Below, one piece after another: positions 8,755 to 20,000 of a DNA stretch of 64,000 nucleotides. The stretch is from Myxococcales bacterium. GTDB lineage: Bacteria; Myxococcota; Myxococcia; Myxococcales; Anaeromyxobacteraceae. Location of the stretch: contig JAJZQX010000012.1 in NCBI GenBank assembly GCA_021806645.1, positions 73,764 to 137,763 on the forward strand, read 5' to 3'. The stretch's first letter is position 1. Each line of letters starts with the position of its first letter. A program made the position numbers and the translations under genes. The notes below the pieces were generated by a model. It saw nothing but the letters and a program-made list of their open reading frames with translations, had not been told where the DNA came from and ran no database searches.

Positions 8755-9404
8755 GCGCCATCCGCATCCTCATCGTGGACGATCACGCCATCCTGCGGGA
8801 GGGGGTGCGCGCCCTGCTCAAGGTGCACGAGGATCTCGAGGTGGTCGGTGAGGCCGGCGACGGGCAGGAGGCGCTGGCGGCGGTGGCCAGGCTCGATCCC
8901 GACGTGGTGGTCATGGACATCGCCATGCCCGGGCTGGGCGGCATCGAGACCAGCCTCGAGCTGAAGAGGCAGGGGCGCCGGGCTCGCGTCCTCATCCTCT
9001 CCCAGTACGACGACCGGGAGTACGTGCGGAGGCTGCTCAAGGCCGGCGTCTCGGGCTACGTGCTGAAGCGGTCGGCCGGCGCCGAGCTGGCCGGGGCCAT
9101 CCGAGCCGTCCACGGGGGCGGGCTGGTGCTCGATCCTGCCGTGGCCCGCGTCGCCATGTCGGAGGGCGGCCCGGTCGCGCCCGGCCAGGCCGACCCGTAC
9201 GACGGGCTGACCGACCGCGAGAAGCAGGTGCTCAAGCTGGTGGCCGACGGCAAGAGCAACAAGGAAGTGGCCGAGGTGCTGGGCATCAGCGTCAAGACCG
9301 CCATGACGCATCGTGAGCACGTCATGGAGAAGCTCGGGCTGCACAACCGCACCGAGCTGGTCCGCTTCGCCATCAAGCGGGGCGTGGTGCGGGTGGACGA
9401 GTAG
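8751..9404 (+). CDS. NarL/FixJ-family response regulator (REC plus LuxR-type HTH)
   Basis: MSAIRILIVDDH...VVVMDIAMPG...LTDREKQVLKLVADGKSNKEVAEVLGISVKTAMTHREHVMEKLG. ATGA overlap with the kinase gene. Confidence 0.9.
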   Translation: MSAIRILIVDDHAILREGVRALLKVHEDLEVVGEAGDGQEALAAVARLDPDVVVMDIAMPGLGGIETSLELKRQGRRARVLILSQYDDREYVRRLLKAGVSGYVLKRSAGAELAGAIRAVHGGGLVLDPAVARVAMSEGGPVAPGQADPYDGLTDREKQVLKLVADGKSNKEVAEVLGISVKTAMTHREHVMEKLGLHNRTELVRFAIKRGVVRVDE

Positions 9405-9795
9405 CCACCCGAAGTGAAGCCCGTCCCTGCAACGGGGGCTGGTGACGCGTGACCGAACGTGGTCGAGTCAGGTCCGCAGATTGAACCAATGCGCTGGGCC
9501 GCAGCGGAATTGACGCGGATCAAGTTCAGGCGATGGGGCGGACGCGCAAAATTTTCGGGTGCGGCTCTGCGTCGGAGTGGGAGAAGGTATGTCGCCACGG
9601 GCGAGTGTGCCGAAACTGGATCTGTGTCAAATCGCACCAGCTTGGGGCATTGGCCCCACTGCGCCGGATTCCGGCGGCCTCGAGCCGGGCCTGGGTGGCC
9701 GGTCAGTACCCCGGATCGACGACGCCATTTGGCCAGAAAGTCCTTTGGCTTCCATGGCGTCGGCGGGGCGCGCCCCTTGCACTTGGACATCGGTC

Positions 9796-12700
9796 ATGAC
9801 GCTCAGGACCTCCGTCTGCGCACTAGTTGCGTCTCTCTTCGCCTTTGCCCCGTCGGCCGCCCAGGCCGCCTGGGTGGCCTCGCTGTCGGTCGGCGCCGGT
9901 GACTGCGCCACGGTGCCGGGGACCTGCTCCGGCATCGCGCCGGGCAGCGCGGTGACGGTGACCTGCACCGCCAGTCAAGGCAGCTCGATGTATACCGCCA
10001 CGCTGGTCTCGCTCGACGTGACGGCCTCGGCCGGCGCGCTCGGTGCGCCGGTGTTCACCAACGGCAACCCGGCCTCGACCGTCGTGACCTGGACCGCGCC
10101 CGCCTCGGGCAGCGCCACCATCACCTGCCGCGGCGTGGACAAGGTCGCCAACACCACCACCGCCACGGTGAGCGCCCAGGTCGCCGCGGCCGCGGCCGGC
10201 AAGCCTGTCATCTCCGCCTTCACCCGGCCCACCGGGCCGGTCGTCGAGGGCGCGGCGGTTCCACTGTCGGTCACTGCGACCGATCCGGCCGGCGGCACGC
10301 TCAGCTACGCCTGGACCGCCACCGGCGGCACCTTCGACGCGACCAGCGCCGCCGCCGTGACCTGGACCGCCCCGGCCACCGAGGGCTCGGTGGACGTGAC
10401 CGTGGCGGTTTCCAGCGCCACCGGGACCACCACCCGCGTCGAGAACTTCCGGGTGGTCATCTCGGTCTTCCAGGGCGATCTCGCCACCCGGCCGCGGGCG
10501 CCGAACCGCCTGGCGGCGGCCGGTGGCGGCGACATCGCCGTGTCCGACGCCGAGGGGAAGCTCTACCTGTTCACGCGCCGCGGCGAGCTGCGCGGCGCCC
10601 CGGCCGTGGACGCGCCCATCGCGTCGGTGGCCGCCGGCGACGGCACGGTCTTCGCCGCCACCCGCACCGGCGTCATCCTCACCATCGACGCCACCACCGG
10701 CCGCGTGCTGCGCCGCCTGCGGCTCGGCACGGCGTCCGGCCCGATCGCCATGGCCTGGGACTCGGCCCATGGCCTGCTCTGGGTGGTCGAGCAGGGGATG
10801 CCCGGCGCGCGCGCCCTGCTCTCCAATGGCACCGTGGCGCGCGAGATCCGGCAGACGCCGGCCGGCCTGCCGCTCGACTTCGCCGCCGACGTGGCGGTGG
10901 ACGGCGCCGGCAACGTCTGGATCGCCCAGGCGTCCATGGACACCGGTCCGATGGTCCACGCCTTCGACGCCGCCACCGGCGCCTGGGTCCGCTCCATCGT
11001 CAGCAGCGGGAGCGGCCCCGGCCAGGTGCGGCGGGTGGGCGGCCTCGGCTTCGACGCGGCCGGACGGCTCTTCGTCTCCGACGCCTTCAACGGCAACGTC
11101 AAGGTGATGAGCCCGGACGGCACGCCGCTCGGCACGCTCGGCTCCTTCGGCGGCGGCCCCGGCCAGCTCCGCCAGCCGGCCGGCCTCGCGCCCATGGCCA
11201 ACGGTGACGTGCTGGTGGCCAACTTCGACGTGGGCCGGCTCGATCGCTTCGGCGCCGGCCTGCCGCTCCCCACCTGCACGGTGAAGGGGCTGCTCGACAG
11301 CGACTGCGACGGCATGTCCGACGAGTGGGAGCTGGCCCACGGCCTCGACCCGCTCGACCCGTCCGACGCCATGCTCGACGCCGACGGCGACGGCCTCGCC
11401 AACCTCGAGGAGTACGCCCACGGCACCGACCCGGGGAAGGCCGACACCGACGGTGACGGTCTCGCCGACGGTGCCGAGGTCCTGGCCGGCACCAATCCGC
11501 TCAACCCGAGCGACGGCGTGGCCGGCTTGATGGCGGCCGGCCCGGCCGGCGCGGTCCGGCCCGGCGAGATCCACCTCTCCGCCACCGTGTCCGGCCCCGG
11601 CGCCTGCACCCTGGGCTGGAAGCAGGTGGGCGGGCCCCCGGTCGTGCTCCGCGCCACCACCTCGCTGACGCCGTCGTTCATCGCGCGGGCCGCCGCCGTC
11701 TACACGTTCGAGGGGCAGGCCCGGTGCGGCAGCTCGGTGAGCACCCCGTCCCGGGTCGCGATCACCGTCCTCAACGTGGCCCCACGGGCCGCCGCCGACC
11801 GGATGGCGGTGGTGGCCGCGGGCGACCGGCTCGAGCTCTCGGCCGCCGCCTCCAGCGACGCCAACGGCGACGCGCTCCGCTTCGCCTGGGAGGTGGACCA
11901 GTCGCCGGTGGGCGCCAGGGCGGCCATCGCGCCGCGCTCCGCCGAGCTCGGGCTCGGCTACCACCCGTTCCGCGCGGTGGTTCGCGACGCCGCCGGCGCC
12001 GCCGACGCCGTCGAGGTGCCGGTCATGGTGGTGGACGAGCGGCTGGTGGCCCCGACCGCCATCGTGGACGCCTCGGTGCTGGCCGGCGAGGTCGGCCAGC
12101 CGGTGCAGCTGAGCGCGGCCGCCAGCATTGGCCCGGCCATCCGCTGGGAGCAGGAGAGCGGCCCGGCCGCCGCGCTCTCGGATCCCGCCGGCGCCATGCC
12201 CACCTTCCTGCCCCCGGTCGCCGGCCGCTACGTCTTCGCCGCCTACGCGGTGGACGGGCTGGTCTGGTCCGCCCCGGCCCGCGTCGAGGTCTACGTGGCC
12301 GGCGGCGGCACCGCCCTGCCGCAGGCCGCGGTCGCCCCGCTCGCCGCCACCGTCCCCGTCAACACCGCCATCGTGCTCGACGGCTCCGGCAGCCTGGCCG
12401 GCGCCGGTGGCGCCATCACCTGGGCCTGGAAGCAGGTGGCCGGCCCGGCCGCCGCCATCGTGGACGAGGACCGGCCGCTGGCCACCGCGGTCGCCTTCGT
12501 GCCCGGCTGGTACCAGTTCGAGCTGACGGTCAACGAGGCGGGGGTCTCCTCGCTGCCGGTCCGGATCGGCTTCGAGGCCCGTGTCGAGGGCGCGCCCATC
12601 CCGGTGGCCAGGGCGGCCGGCCCGGCCGGCGCCGTCACCGGCGAGCTGGTCCGGCTCGACGGCCGCGCCTCCACCGGCGCCCGCCGCTACCACTGGACGC

Positions 12701-12861
12701 AGGTGGCCGGCCCGTGGGTCGCACTGAAGGCGAGCCAGCAGGCGCCCACCTTCGTGCCCCTGGCCGAGGGGAGCTATCGCTTCGAACTGGAGGTGGACGA
12801 CGGCACGGTGCGCAGCCGCCCGGCCTCGGTCACCGTCCTCGTCAACGGGAAGGGGAACTAG
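9796..12861 (+). CDS. Secreted multidomain protein: Ig-like domains, an NHL-repeat beta-propeller, thrombospondin type-3 (Ca-binding) repeats and four PKD-like domains
   Basis: Signal peptide MTLRTSVCALVASLFAFAPSAAQA. NHL-like blades (VWIAQAS.., RLFVSDAFNGNVKVMSPDGT, GDVLVANFDVGRLDRF). TSP3 repeats (DSDCDGMSDEWE, DADGDGLANLEE, DTDGDGLADGAE). Repeated motifs such as LDGSGS...ITWAWKQVAGPAA. Confidence 0.8.
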   Translation: MTLRTSVCALVASLFAFAPSAAQAAWVASLSVGAGDCATVPGTCSGIAPGSAVTVTCTASQGSSMYTATLVSLDVTASAGALGAPVFTNGNPASTVVTWTAPASGSATITCRGVDKVANTTTATVSAQVAAAAAGKPVISAFTRPTGPVVEGAAVPLSVTATDPAGGTLSYAWTATGGTFDATSAAAVTWTAPATEGSVDVTVAVSSATGTTTRVENFRVVISVFQGDLATRPRAPNRLAAAGGGDIAVSDAEGKLYLFTRRGELRGAPAVDAPIASVAAGDGTVFAATRTGVILTIDATTGRVLRRLRLGTASGPIAMAWDSAHGLLWVVEQGMPGARALLSNGTVAREIRQTPAGLPLDFAADVAVDGAGNVWIAQASMDTGPMVHAFDAATGAWVRSIVSSGSGPGQVRRVGGLGFDAAGRLFVSDAFNGNVKVMSPDGTPLGTLGSFGGGPGQLRQPAGLAPMANGDVLVANFDVGRLDRFGAGLPLPTCTVKGLLDSDCDGMSDEWELAHGLDPLDPSDAMLDADGDGLANLEEYAHGTDPGKADTDGDGLADGAEVLAGTNPLNPSDGVAGLMAAGPAGAVRPGEIHLSATVSGPGACTLGWKQVGGPPVVLRATTSLTPSFIARAAAVYTFEGQARCGSSVSTPSRVAITVLNVAPRAAADRMAVVAAGDRLELSAAASSDANGDALRFAWEVDQSPVGARAAIAPRSAELGLGYHPFRAVVRDAAGAADAVEVPVMVVDERLVAPTAIVDASVLAGEVGQPVQLSAAASIGPAIRWEQESGPAAALSDPAGAMPTFLPPVAGRYVFAAYAVDGLVWSAPARVEVYVAGGGTALPQAAVAPLAATVPVNTAIVLDGSGSLAGAGGAITWAWKQVAGPAAAIVDEDRPLATAVAFVPGWYQFELTVNEAGVSSLPVRIGFEARVEGAPIPVARAAGPAGAVTGELVRLDGRASTGARRYHWTQVAGPWVALKASQQAPTFVPLAEGSYRFELEVDDGTVRSRPASVTVLVNGKGN

Positions 12862-12863
12862 CG

Positions 12864-13976
12864 ATGCGTACCCGCTGGCTCGGAATCCTCGCGGTCCTCT
12901 CCACCGTCGTCCCGGTGGCGGCGCTGGGCGTGGACGCCCCGCACGACGGCTCGGCCACCGTCGGCACCTGCGAGAACTGCCACATGATCCACAACGCGCT
13001 GGGCGGCACGCTGATCAACGCGCCGGACAACAACACCGCCTGCTCGTCGTGCCACAACCCCTTGTCCACCACCCCCAGCGGGGCCCGGCTCGGCCTCCCG
13101 TGGCTCACCGAGGACCAGGCGTTCCCGGGCAAGAGCGGCCAGCAGCACCGCTGGGACGCGCTGGCCGATTCGCCGGCGTTCGGCGCGGCGCAGCCCACCG
13201 ACTCCGGGATGCTGAAGCGGATCAAGGACGGCCGGATCCAGTGCGCCGCCTGCCACGACCCGCACGCCGACGTGAAGGCGTTCGACCCGACCGCGCTGCA
13301 CACCTCGATCGCGCCCGGCGTCGCCACGGCCGTGACCGGTGGCACCACCACCATGACCATGACGCTGACGGCGCCCGCCGCCGCCGCCGTGACCAGGGGG
13401 TACCGGGTCCAGGTGGAAGGCATCTCGGGCGCCCAGTTCCGGCTCGCTATCAGCCACAACGCCAAGACCACCGACGGCGCGCCGATCTGGTGGGTCAACA
13501 ACGGGACCAGCTGGGTTCAAGGTGCGCTCGGAACCGGCACGCAGCTCTGGTCCACCGGCGCGGCCATCGCGCTCGACGACGGGACCAGCGTGCAGGTGAC
13601 CTTCACCGGCACCGCCGCCGTCGGCCAGTTCTGGGACTTCTACGTCTCCTACGCCCACCTGCGGGCCAGCAACGTGGCCGACGCCATGTGCCTGCAGTGC
13701 CACGCCTCGCGCAACCAGACCCACGTCACGGTCGAGGGGCCGGGGAACGGCGTGACCATCTTCAGCCACCCGGTCGGCGAGGCGCTCAACGCCAACGGCA
13801 AGGGGTACGACCGGGCCGCCGCCAACGTGCTCGACGCCAACGGCGCGCTCCAGGCCACCGGCGACGGCAACCCCACCAACGATCTCACGCTGGACGGCGG
13901 CACCACGGTCCGCTGCACCACCTGCCACAACGTCCACAACGCCGACTCCAACTCACTCACCACCGATGCTCGGTAG
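12864..13976 (+). CDS. Pentahaem c-type cytochrome with an OmcS-like N-terminus and an inserted non-haem domain
   Basis: Signal peptide MRTRWLGILAVLSTVVPVAALG. Five CXXCH motifs: CENCH, CSSCH, CAACH, CLQCH, CTTCH. First motif is HDGSATVGTCENCHMIHNALGGTLIN. About 140 aa between haem motifs 3 and 4 contain no Cys. Confidence 0.85.
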   Translation: MRTRWLGILAVLSTVVPVAALGVDAPHDGSATVGTCENCHMIHNALGGTLINAPDNNTACSSCHNPLSTTPSGARLGLPWLTEDQAFPGKSGQQHRWDALADSPAFGAAQPTDSGMLKRIKDGRIQCAACHDPHADVKAFDPTALHTSIAPGVATAVTGGTTTMTMTLTAPAAAAVTRGYRVQVEGISGAQFRLAISHNAKTTDGAPIWWVNNGTSWVQGALGTGTQLWSTGAAIALDDGTSVQVTFTGTAAVGQFWDFYVSYAHLRASNVADAMCLQCHASRNQTHVTVEGPGNGVTIFSHPVGEALNANGKGYDRAAANVLDANGALQATGDGNPTNDLTLDGGTTVRCTTCHNVHNADSNSLTTDAR

Positions 13977-14040
13977 CCCCGGGGCGCACGTGAAGACCAC
14001 TCAGCGCAGCTCCCGCATGGTGAACGACATGGCCGCAAGG

Positions 14041-17000
14041 ATGAACTCCGTGAAGACCCTGGCTCGCGCCGTTGCCGCGGTCGCCGTCGCGTTGCTCGCG
14101 GTGCAGGCGGGGCCGGCGGGGGCGGCCGGCACAGCCGGCAAGAGCTACAACATCTCCTGCGACACCGGCACGACCGCCAACGTGTCGCTCTACAACATCA
14201 CCACGGGCACCCAGTTCAAGGTGCGCTGCAAGATCATCGACCAGGCGACTGGTGCGGGGATTACCGGACTCGTCAGCGGTGACATCACCATCAGGCAGAT
14301 CACGGACGTCACCACCAACACCGCGCTCACCAGCGGCACCGACTACACCGCCGGCAACCTCGTGGAGGTTGGAAGTGGCGTTTACGATTTCTTGCTGACC
14401 ATCAGTTCGGGCGTTGCCACGGGTGACATCCTTGAGATCCAGATGCGCGAGGACGGTGGCAATGAGGTCGACACGGAGCGCCTCTTCGTCACCCAGTATG
14501 TACGCGTTGCAACTGCTGGCGTCGCTGGAAACGCCCGCTACATCGAAGTCCAGCCGACGACCAACGCTGACATCAACACGGCGGCGGGGACCTACACAGT
14601 GCGGGTTCGCTTCATCGATGCGCTGGGCAACTACTTCAATCCCGGCACCTTGACCTGGAGCATCAATCGATGGCGCGACAGCACCGGCGCCACCATCACC
14701 ACCGGCACCCCTTCGGCTGCAGCCTACGACACCACCAACAACTGGTACCTGCTCAGCATCCCCTACAGCACGGCACTGACCAACGGCGACCGACAGTACA
14801 TCAACATCGGCGCCAGGATCGGTAACTACCGGTACCTGGCCGGTTTCGGTCTGACCGCGGTCACCGCCCAGACCAATACGCCGCTCGCCGTGCCAACCTT
14901 CACGACGCCTGGCCTATTTGCTCCGGCCAACACCACCACGGTCGGCAACGGCACCGATCCGGCCGGTGGCACGGTCGGCCCCGGGGGCGCGGCCACCATG
15001 GTGGACGCCTTCACGCTGCAGACCAGCGCCGGCACCGACACGATCACGGCGGCCAGCGTGACGCTCTCGACCGTGAGCGGCGTCGGCCTGGTCGAGATCA
15101 CCAACGACGCCGGCACGACCGTCTACGGTTCGACCAGCAACCCCGCGGCCACGCCGGTCGCCGTTTCGCTCACCACCAGCATCTCCGCCACCACCACGCT
15201 GACGCAGTACAGGGTCCGCGTCACGCCGCTGGCGCATGCCGCCATGCCGGCGGTGCCGGGCGGGACCTACGCGGTGACGGCCACGGTGACCGGGCTCACC
15301 TCGACCAACGGCAAGACCTACGCCGACAGCGGCAGCGGCACGCTCACCATCGACAACCTCTCCCCGGGCGACGTGACCGGCCTCTCGGCCACGCCCGGCA
15401 ATACGCAGCTGGTGGTCAACTGGACCAACCCGGCCACCGACTACGCGCGGACCATGGTCCTGTATCGCGCCACCACCGCCATCAGCGACGTGCCCGGCGA
15501 GGGAGCGACCTACACCGCCCCGGGCACGCTCGGAGCGAGCACCATCGCCTACGTGGGCGGCACGGCCGGCGCGGCCGGCACCACCACCATCACCGGCCTG
15601 ACCAACGGCACGCTCTACAACTTGAAGGTCTTCGTCCAGGATGCCTATGGCAACTGGTCCACGCCGGGCGCCACCACCTCGGGCACGCCGACCGCCCCCG
15701 CCAACACCACCACGGTCGGCAACGGCACCGATCCGGCCGGTGGCACGGTCGGCCCCGGGGGCGCGGCCACCATGGTGGACGCGTTCACGCTGCAGACCAG
15801 CGCCGGCACCGACGCGATCACGGCGGCCAGCGTGACGCTCTCCACCGTGAGCGGCGTCGGCCTCGTCGAGATCACCAACGACGCCGGCACGACCGTCTAC
15901 GGTTCGACCAGCAACCCGGCGGCCACGCCGGTCGCCGTGACGCTCACCACCAACATCTCCGCCACCACCACGCTGACGCAGTACAGGGTCCGCGTCACAC
16001 CCCTGTCGCACGCCGCCATGCCGGCTGTGCCGGGCGGGACGTACGCGGTGACGGCCACGGTGACGGGGCTCACCTCGACCAACGGCAAGACCTACAGCGA
16101 CACGGGAAGCGGCACGCTCACCATCGACAACCTCTCCCCGGGCGACGTGACCGGCCTCTCGGCCACGCCCGGCAATACGCAGCTGGTGGTCAACTGGACC
16201 AACCCGGCCACCGACTACGCGCGGACCATGGTCCTGTATCGCGCCACCACCGCAATCAGCGACGTGCCCGGCGAGGGGGCGACCTACACCGCCCCGGGCA
16301 CGCTCGGAGCGAGCACCATCGCCTACGTGGGCGGCACGGCCGGCGCGGCCGGCACCACCACCATCACCGGCCTGACCAACGGCACCCTCTACAACGTGAA
16401 GGTCTTCGTCCAGGATGCCTATGGCAACTGGTCCACGCCGGGCGCCACCACCTCGGGCACGCCCGCCGTCCCGGTCATCAGCCTGGCCGTCGGCAACGGC
16501 ACCAACCCGGCCAACACGGCGCTGCTCTGCCCGTCGCCGACCGCGCCGACCGGCCCCACCATGCTCGACGCCTTCACGCTGCAGGCCCTGGTGGCCGACG
16601 ACGTGGTGACCCGCATCACGGTCCAGCTCGCCCCGGCGGGCGCCTGGATCAACGTGGCCACCGTGGAAATCACAGACGCCGCGGGCGGCACCACGGTCTA
16701 CGGCAGCGCCATCCCCGGCGGCGACCAGGTCAACGTCTACGTCACCGGCATCGCCCCGACCGTGGCCGCCGGCGCGGTCAGCTACAACGTCCGGATCACC
16801 CCCAAGACCCACGCGGCCATGCCGGCCCCCAACACCGGCCAGCAGTACGCCACCACCGGCACCGTGGTCTCGGTCGCCTCCAACAACCCGCGCACCTACG
16901 GCGACGCCTCCAGCGCCACCGTCACCATCGACAACCTGGCGCCGTCAGAGGTGGTCTGGTCCGGGGTCACCACCGGCGCCACCAACATCCAGCTCAACTG

Positions 17001-20000
17001 GGTCACGGCCACCAACGTGGTGGTGCTGCGCAAGCAGGGCGGGCCGGTCACCGACTCGCCGGTCGAGGGGACCACCTACACCGCCGGCGCCACCATCGGC
17101 GCCAGCACCGTGGCCTGCGCCGGAACCATGGCGCTCTGCAACTCGACCGGCCTGACCGCCGGCACCGCCTACTACTTCAAGGTCTTCACCGCCGACGCCT
17201 GCGTCAACTACTCGCTCGGCGGCCCGGTCGGTCCGCTCTTCGCGGGCGGCCTCAACGAGGGCAGCGCCACCGCGAGCACGCTGCTGCCGGTGGTGGGGAT
17301 CATCAACCCGAAGAACCCGGCCACGGTGACCAGCTCCGGTGCCGGCTTCCGGGTCCAGGTCCGCGCCTTCAGCCGGATGAACGCGGGCGTCGCCCAGCCG
17401 TTCGCCGCCGGTGCCGTCCGGCTCAAGGCGGCCACCCCGGCCCAGCCCTTCGTCGCCACCTGCGACGCGGCCAACTACCCGATCGCGCTGGCGCTCAACG
17501 CCAACTACCCGAACAGCACGGTAGCGGCCACCGACAACCACGGCGTCTACGAGGCCACGGTCACGGTCGCCAAGGGGGCGTACACGTTGCGTGCCTGCGC
17601 CACCAACGCCAGCGGCACCGTCCTGTCGGGTCCGGTCGGCATCACCGTCAACGACGGCTCGGCCGGCTCGCCCAGGGGCGACGGCAACCTGCTGGTCCGC
17701 GACAACGGCGCGCAGCTCTGCAACGACTGCCACGCCATCGCCACCCACGCCTCGGAGACGGTCGGCAACAAGTACGGCTCCTGGTACGCGGCCTGCCGCG
17801 ACTGCCACACGCCGCACAGCACCACCAACGTCGAGCTGATCCGCAAGCAGATCACGCCGCCCGGCTACCGCGGCCAGCAGCCGCCCAGGGACGTGGTCTT
17901 CTACGACAGGTCCACCGGCTTCGCCGCGACCGCGTACGCGAATTCCGGCGGCACCGGCGTCTGCCAGGTCTGCCACACCGCCACCACCTACTACCGGAGC
18001 GACGGAACGCTGGCCGGCACCCACAACCCCAACCAGGCCTGCACCGCCTGCCATGCCCACGAAAAGGGGCTCAAGGCCTCGTGCACCACGTGCCACGGCG
18101 ACAAGACCGGGACCTACGCGGCCATCTCCGGGGCCGACACCAACGCCAACGCCGCGCCGCCGACAGCGGCCGACAAGGTGACCACCACCGGCGTGAAGGT
18201 GGGCGCGCACCAGGCCCACGTCAACGGCAACGGCACCGTCGCCACCTACCGGACCAACCCGATCGGCTGCGCCGACTGCCACCCGGTCCCGAACTCGCAC
18301 AACGGCACCACCGACGCGGCCTGGAGCGTGCTGGCCACCAACACCATCGTCAACGGGACGAGCCTCGCCGTCGCCCCGACGCCGGCCGCCGGGCTTGGCG
18401 CCTACAACGCCACCTGGGAGGCGACGCCGACCTGCACCAACGCCTGCCACGGCGCCAACCTCCCCTCCAACGCCGTGAAGCCGGCGCCGAGTTGGACCGC
18501 GGCGGGTGGCCTGACCTGTGCCTCCTGCCACGGCGCTCCGCCTCCGCTCTCGGCCACCGCCAACCAGAACCACCCGCAGAACACCACCTGCGCCACCTGC
18601 CACGGGGCCGGGTACGTCAACGGCGGGCCGCTGGCGGCTGCCGCCAAGTCCACGCACGTCAACGGCACGCTCGACCGGATCACCGCCGGCTGCACCTCCT
18701 GCCATGGTGAGCTGGGCGCGCCGGGCGTGACGCTGACGGCGAACACGGTGAAGGCGGCGCCGGGCGCCTCGGGGAGCGGCACCAACTCCTTCGACACCAC
18801 CGGCCTCGCCACCGGCAACGCCATCGGCGCGCACAAGGCCCACCTGGCCGGTTCCACGGGCACGCCGCGCTGGCGCTCGGCCGTCATCGCCTGCAACGAG
18901 TGCCACCTGTTGCCGCCGAGCGACACCGACATGGCCCACGCCACCGGCGCCGGCACGGGTGGGGCGCGCGCCACCCTGACCTGGACCGGCGGCATCGCGC
19001 AGAGCACGGCCTTCGAGACCAAGACCGCCTCGTACGCGCAGCCGACCTGCACCAACGTCTATTGCCACAACCCCAAGAGCACCGACACGGCGGCGACGAC
19101 CAAGACGCCGGCCTGGAACGGGGCCACCACCCTGGCGCAGTGCGGTTCCTGCCACGGGCTGCCCCCCACCACCGGGACCGCCCACCCGACCGGCGTGACG
19201 GAGTGCGCCAGTTGCCACCCGGGCTACAGCGCCACCATGCCGACCAGCACCAGCACCATCGCGGCGGTGAACACGCTGGCCCACATCAACGGCCAGCTCG
19301 ACGGCGGCGGCGACTGCACCGGCTGCCACGCCAGCGCGCAGGGGCCCCGGCGCCCCATCGTTCCAGAGTTCGCGCTGGCCTGGTCGCACAAGCGCTCCGC
19401 CGGCGGCGCGGTCACCAAGTGGGACTGCGTGGTCTGCCACATGGAAGGGGACCCGACGACCGGGAACACCACGGCGGTCCACAAGGACGGCTTCGTCAAC
19501 CTGAGAGACCCGGACACCGGGGCGAACATCAAGGGCGTGACCTTTGCCGGGACGCCGGGCAGCTACACCGCCACGGCCACCGACGCGACCTTCACCACGT
19601 TCAGCCGCAACCTGGGCAGCGCCACGCTGGAGCCGGCGGTCCAGGCCATCATGATCAACCAGTGCCTCAAGTGCCACGACGCCAACGGCGCGGCCAGCAC
19701 GCTGGCGCGGGTGCCGACCACCGGGACGGCGGAGAAGCCCTTCGGCACCACCATCGCCGGCGCGGCCTACACCGGAGCCGGCGTGACCGCCAACGGAGTG
19801 ACCGGCGGTGTCGCCGACGTCAACGCCGCCTTCGCGACGACCAACTCCTCGTACCACCCGGTGACCGGGAAGCAGAACAACTGGTACGCGAAGGACGTTC
19901 GCATGGTTGCGCCCTGGAACATGGGGGTGACCACCAGGGCCGGGACCGTCAACCTGACCACGTGGGGCCCACTACTCTCCTGCTGGGACTGCCACTCCGA

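Noticed and set aside
6523-9344. Very long minus-strand ORFs (6523..8748, 741 aa; 6951..9344, 797 aa) opposite the kinase and response-regulator genes
   Set aside because: Their composition is Arg/Gly/Pro/Ala-rich low complexity with no recognisable motifs. They are antisense to ORFs with clear HisKA_3/HATPase and REC/LuxR domains. This is the typical open antisense frame of ~70% GC DNA.
9405-9795. Possible c-di-GMP/cGAMP (GEMM-I) riboswitch in the 391-bp, lower-GC region upstream of the big cytochrome operon. GGACGCGCAAAATTTTCGGG loosely resembles the GACGCAAAGCC..CGGG element.
   Set aside because: The partner GGCAAACC element and the P1/P2 architecture are not present. Only a short, imperfect resemblance remains. 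I also found no convincing sigma54 or NarL-type site here, so the region's regulatory content remains unresolved.
9823-19857. Long antisense ORFs across the big cytochrome operon (9823..12693, 14914..16812 and 16945..19857 on the minus strand; 11724..12860 and 13049..13993 on the plus strand)
   Set aside because: Same reasoning as above. They are Gly/Arg/Asp/His-rich junk translations with no signal peptides or motifs, while the chosen frames carry CXXCH, NHL, TSP3 and FN3 signatures.
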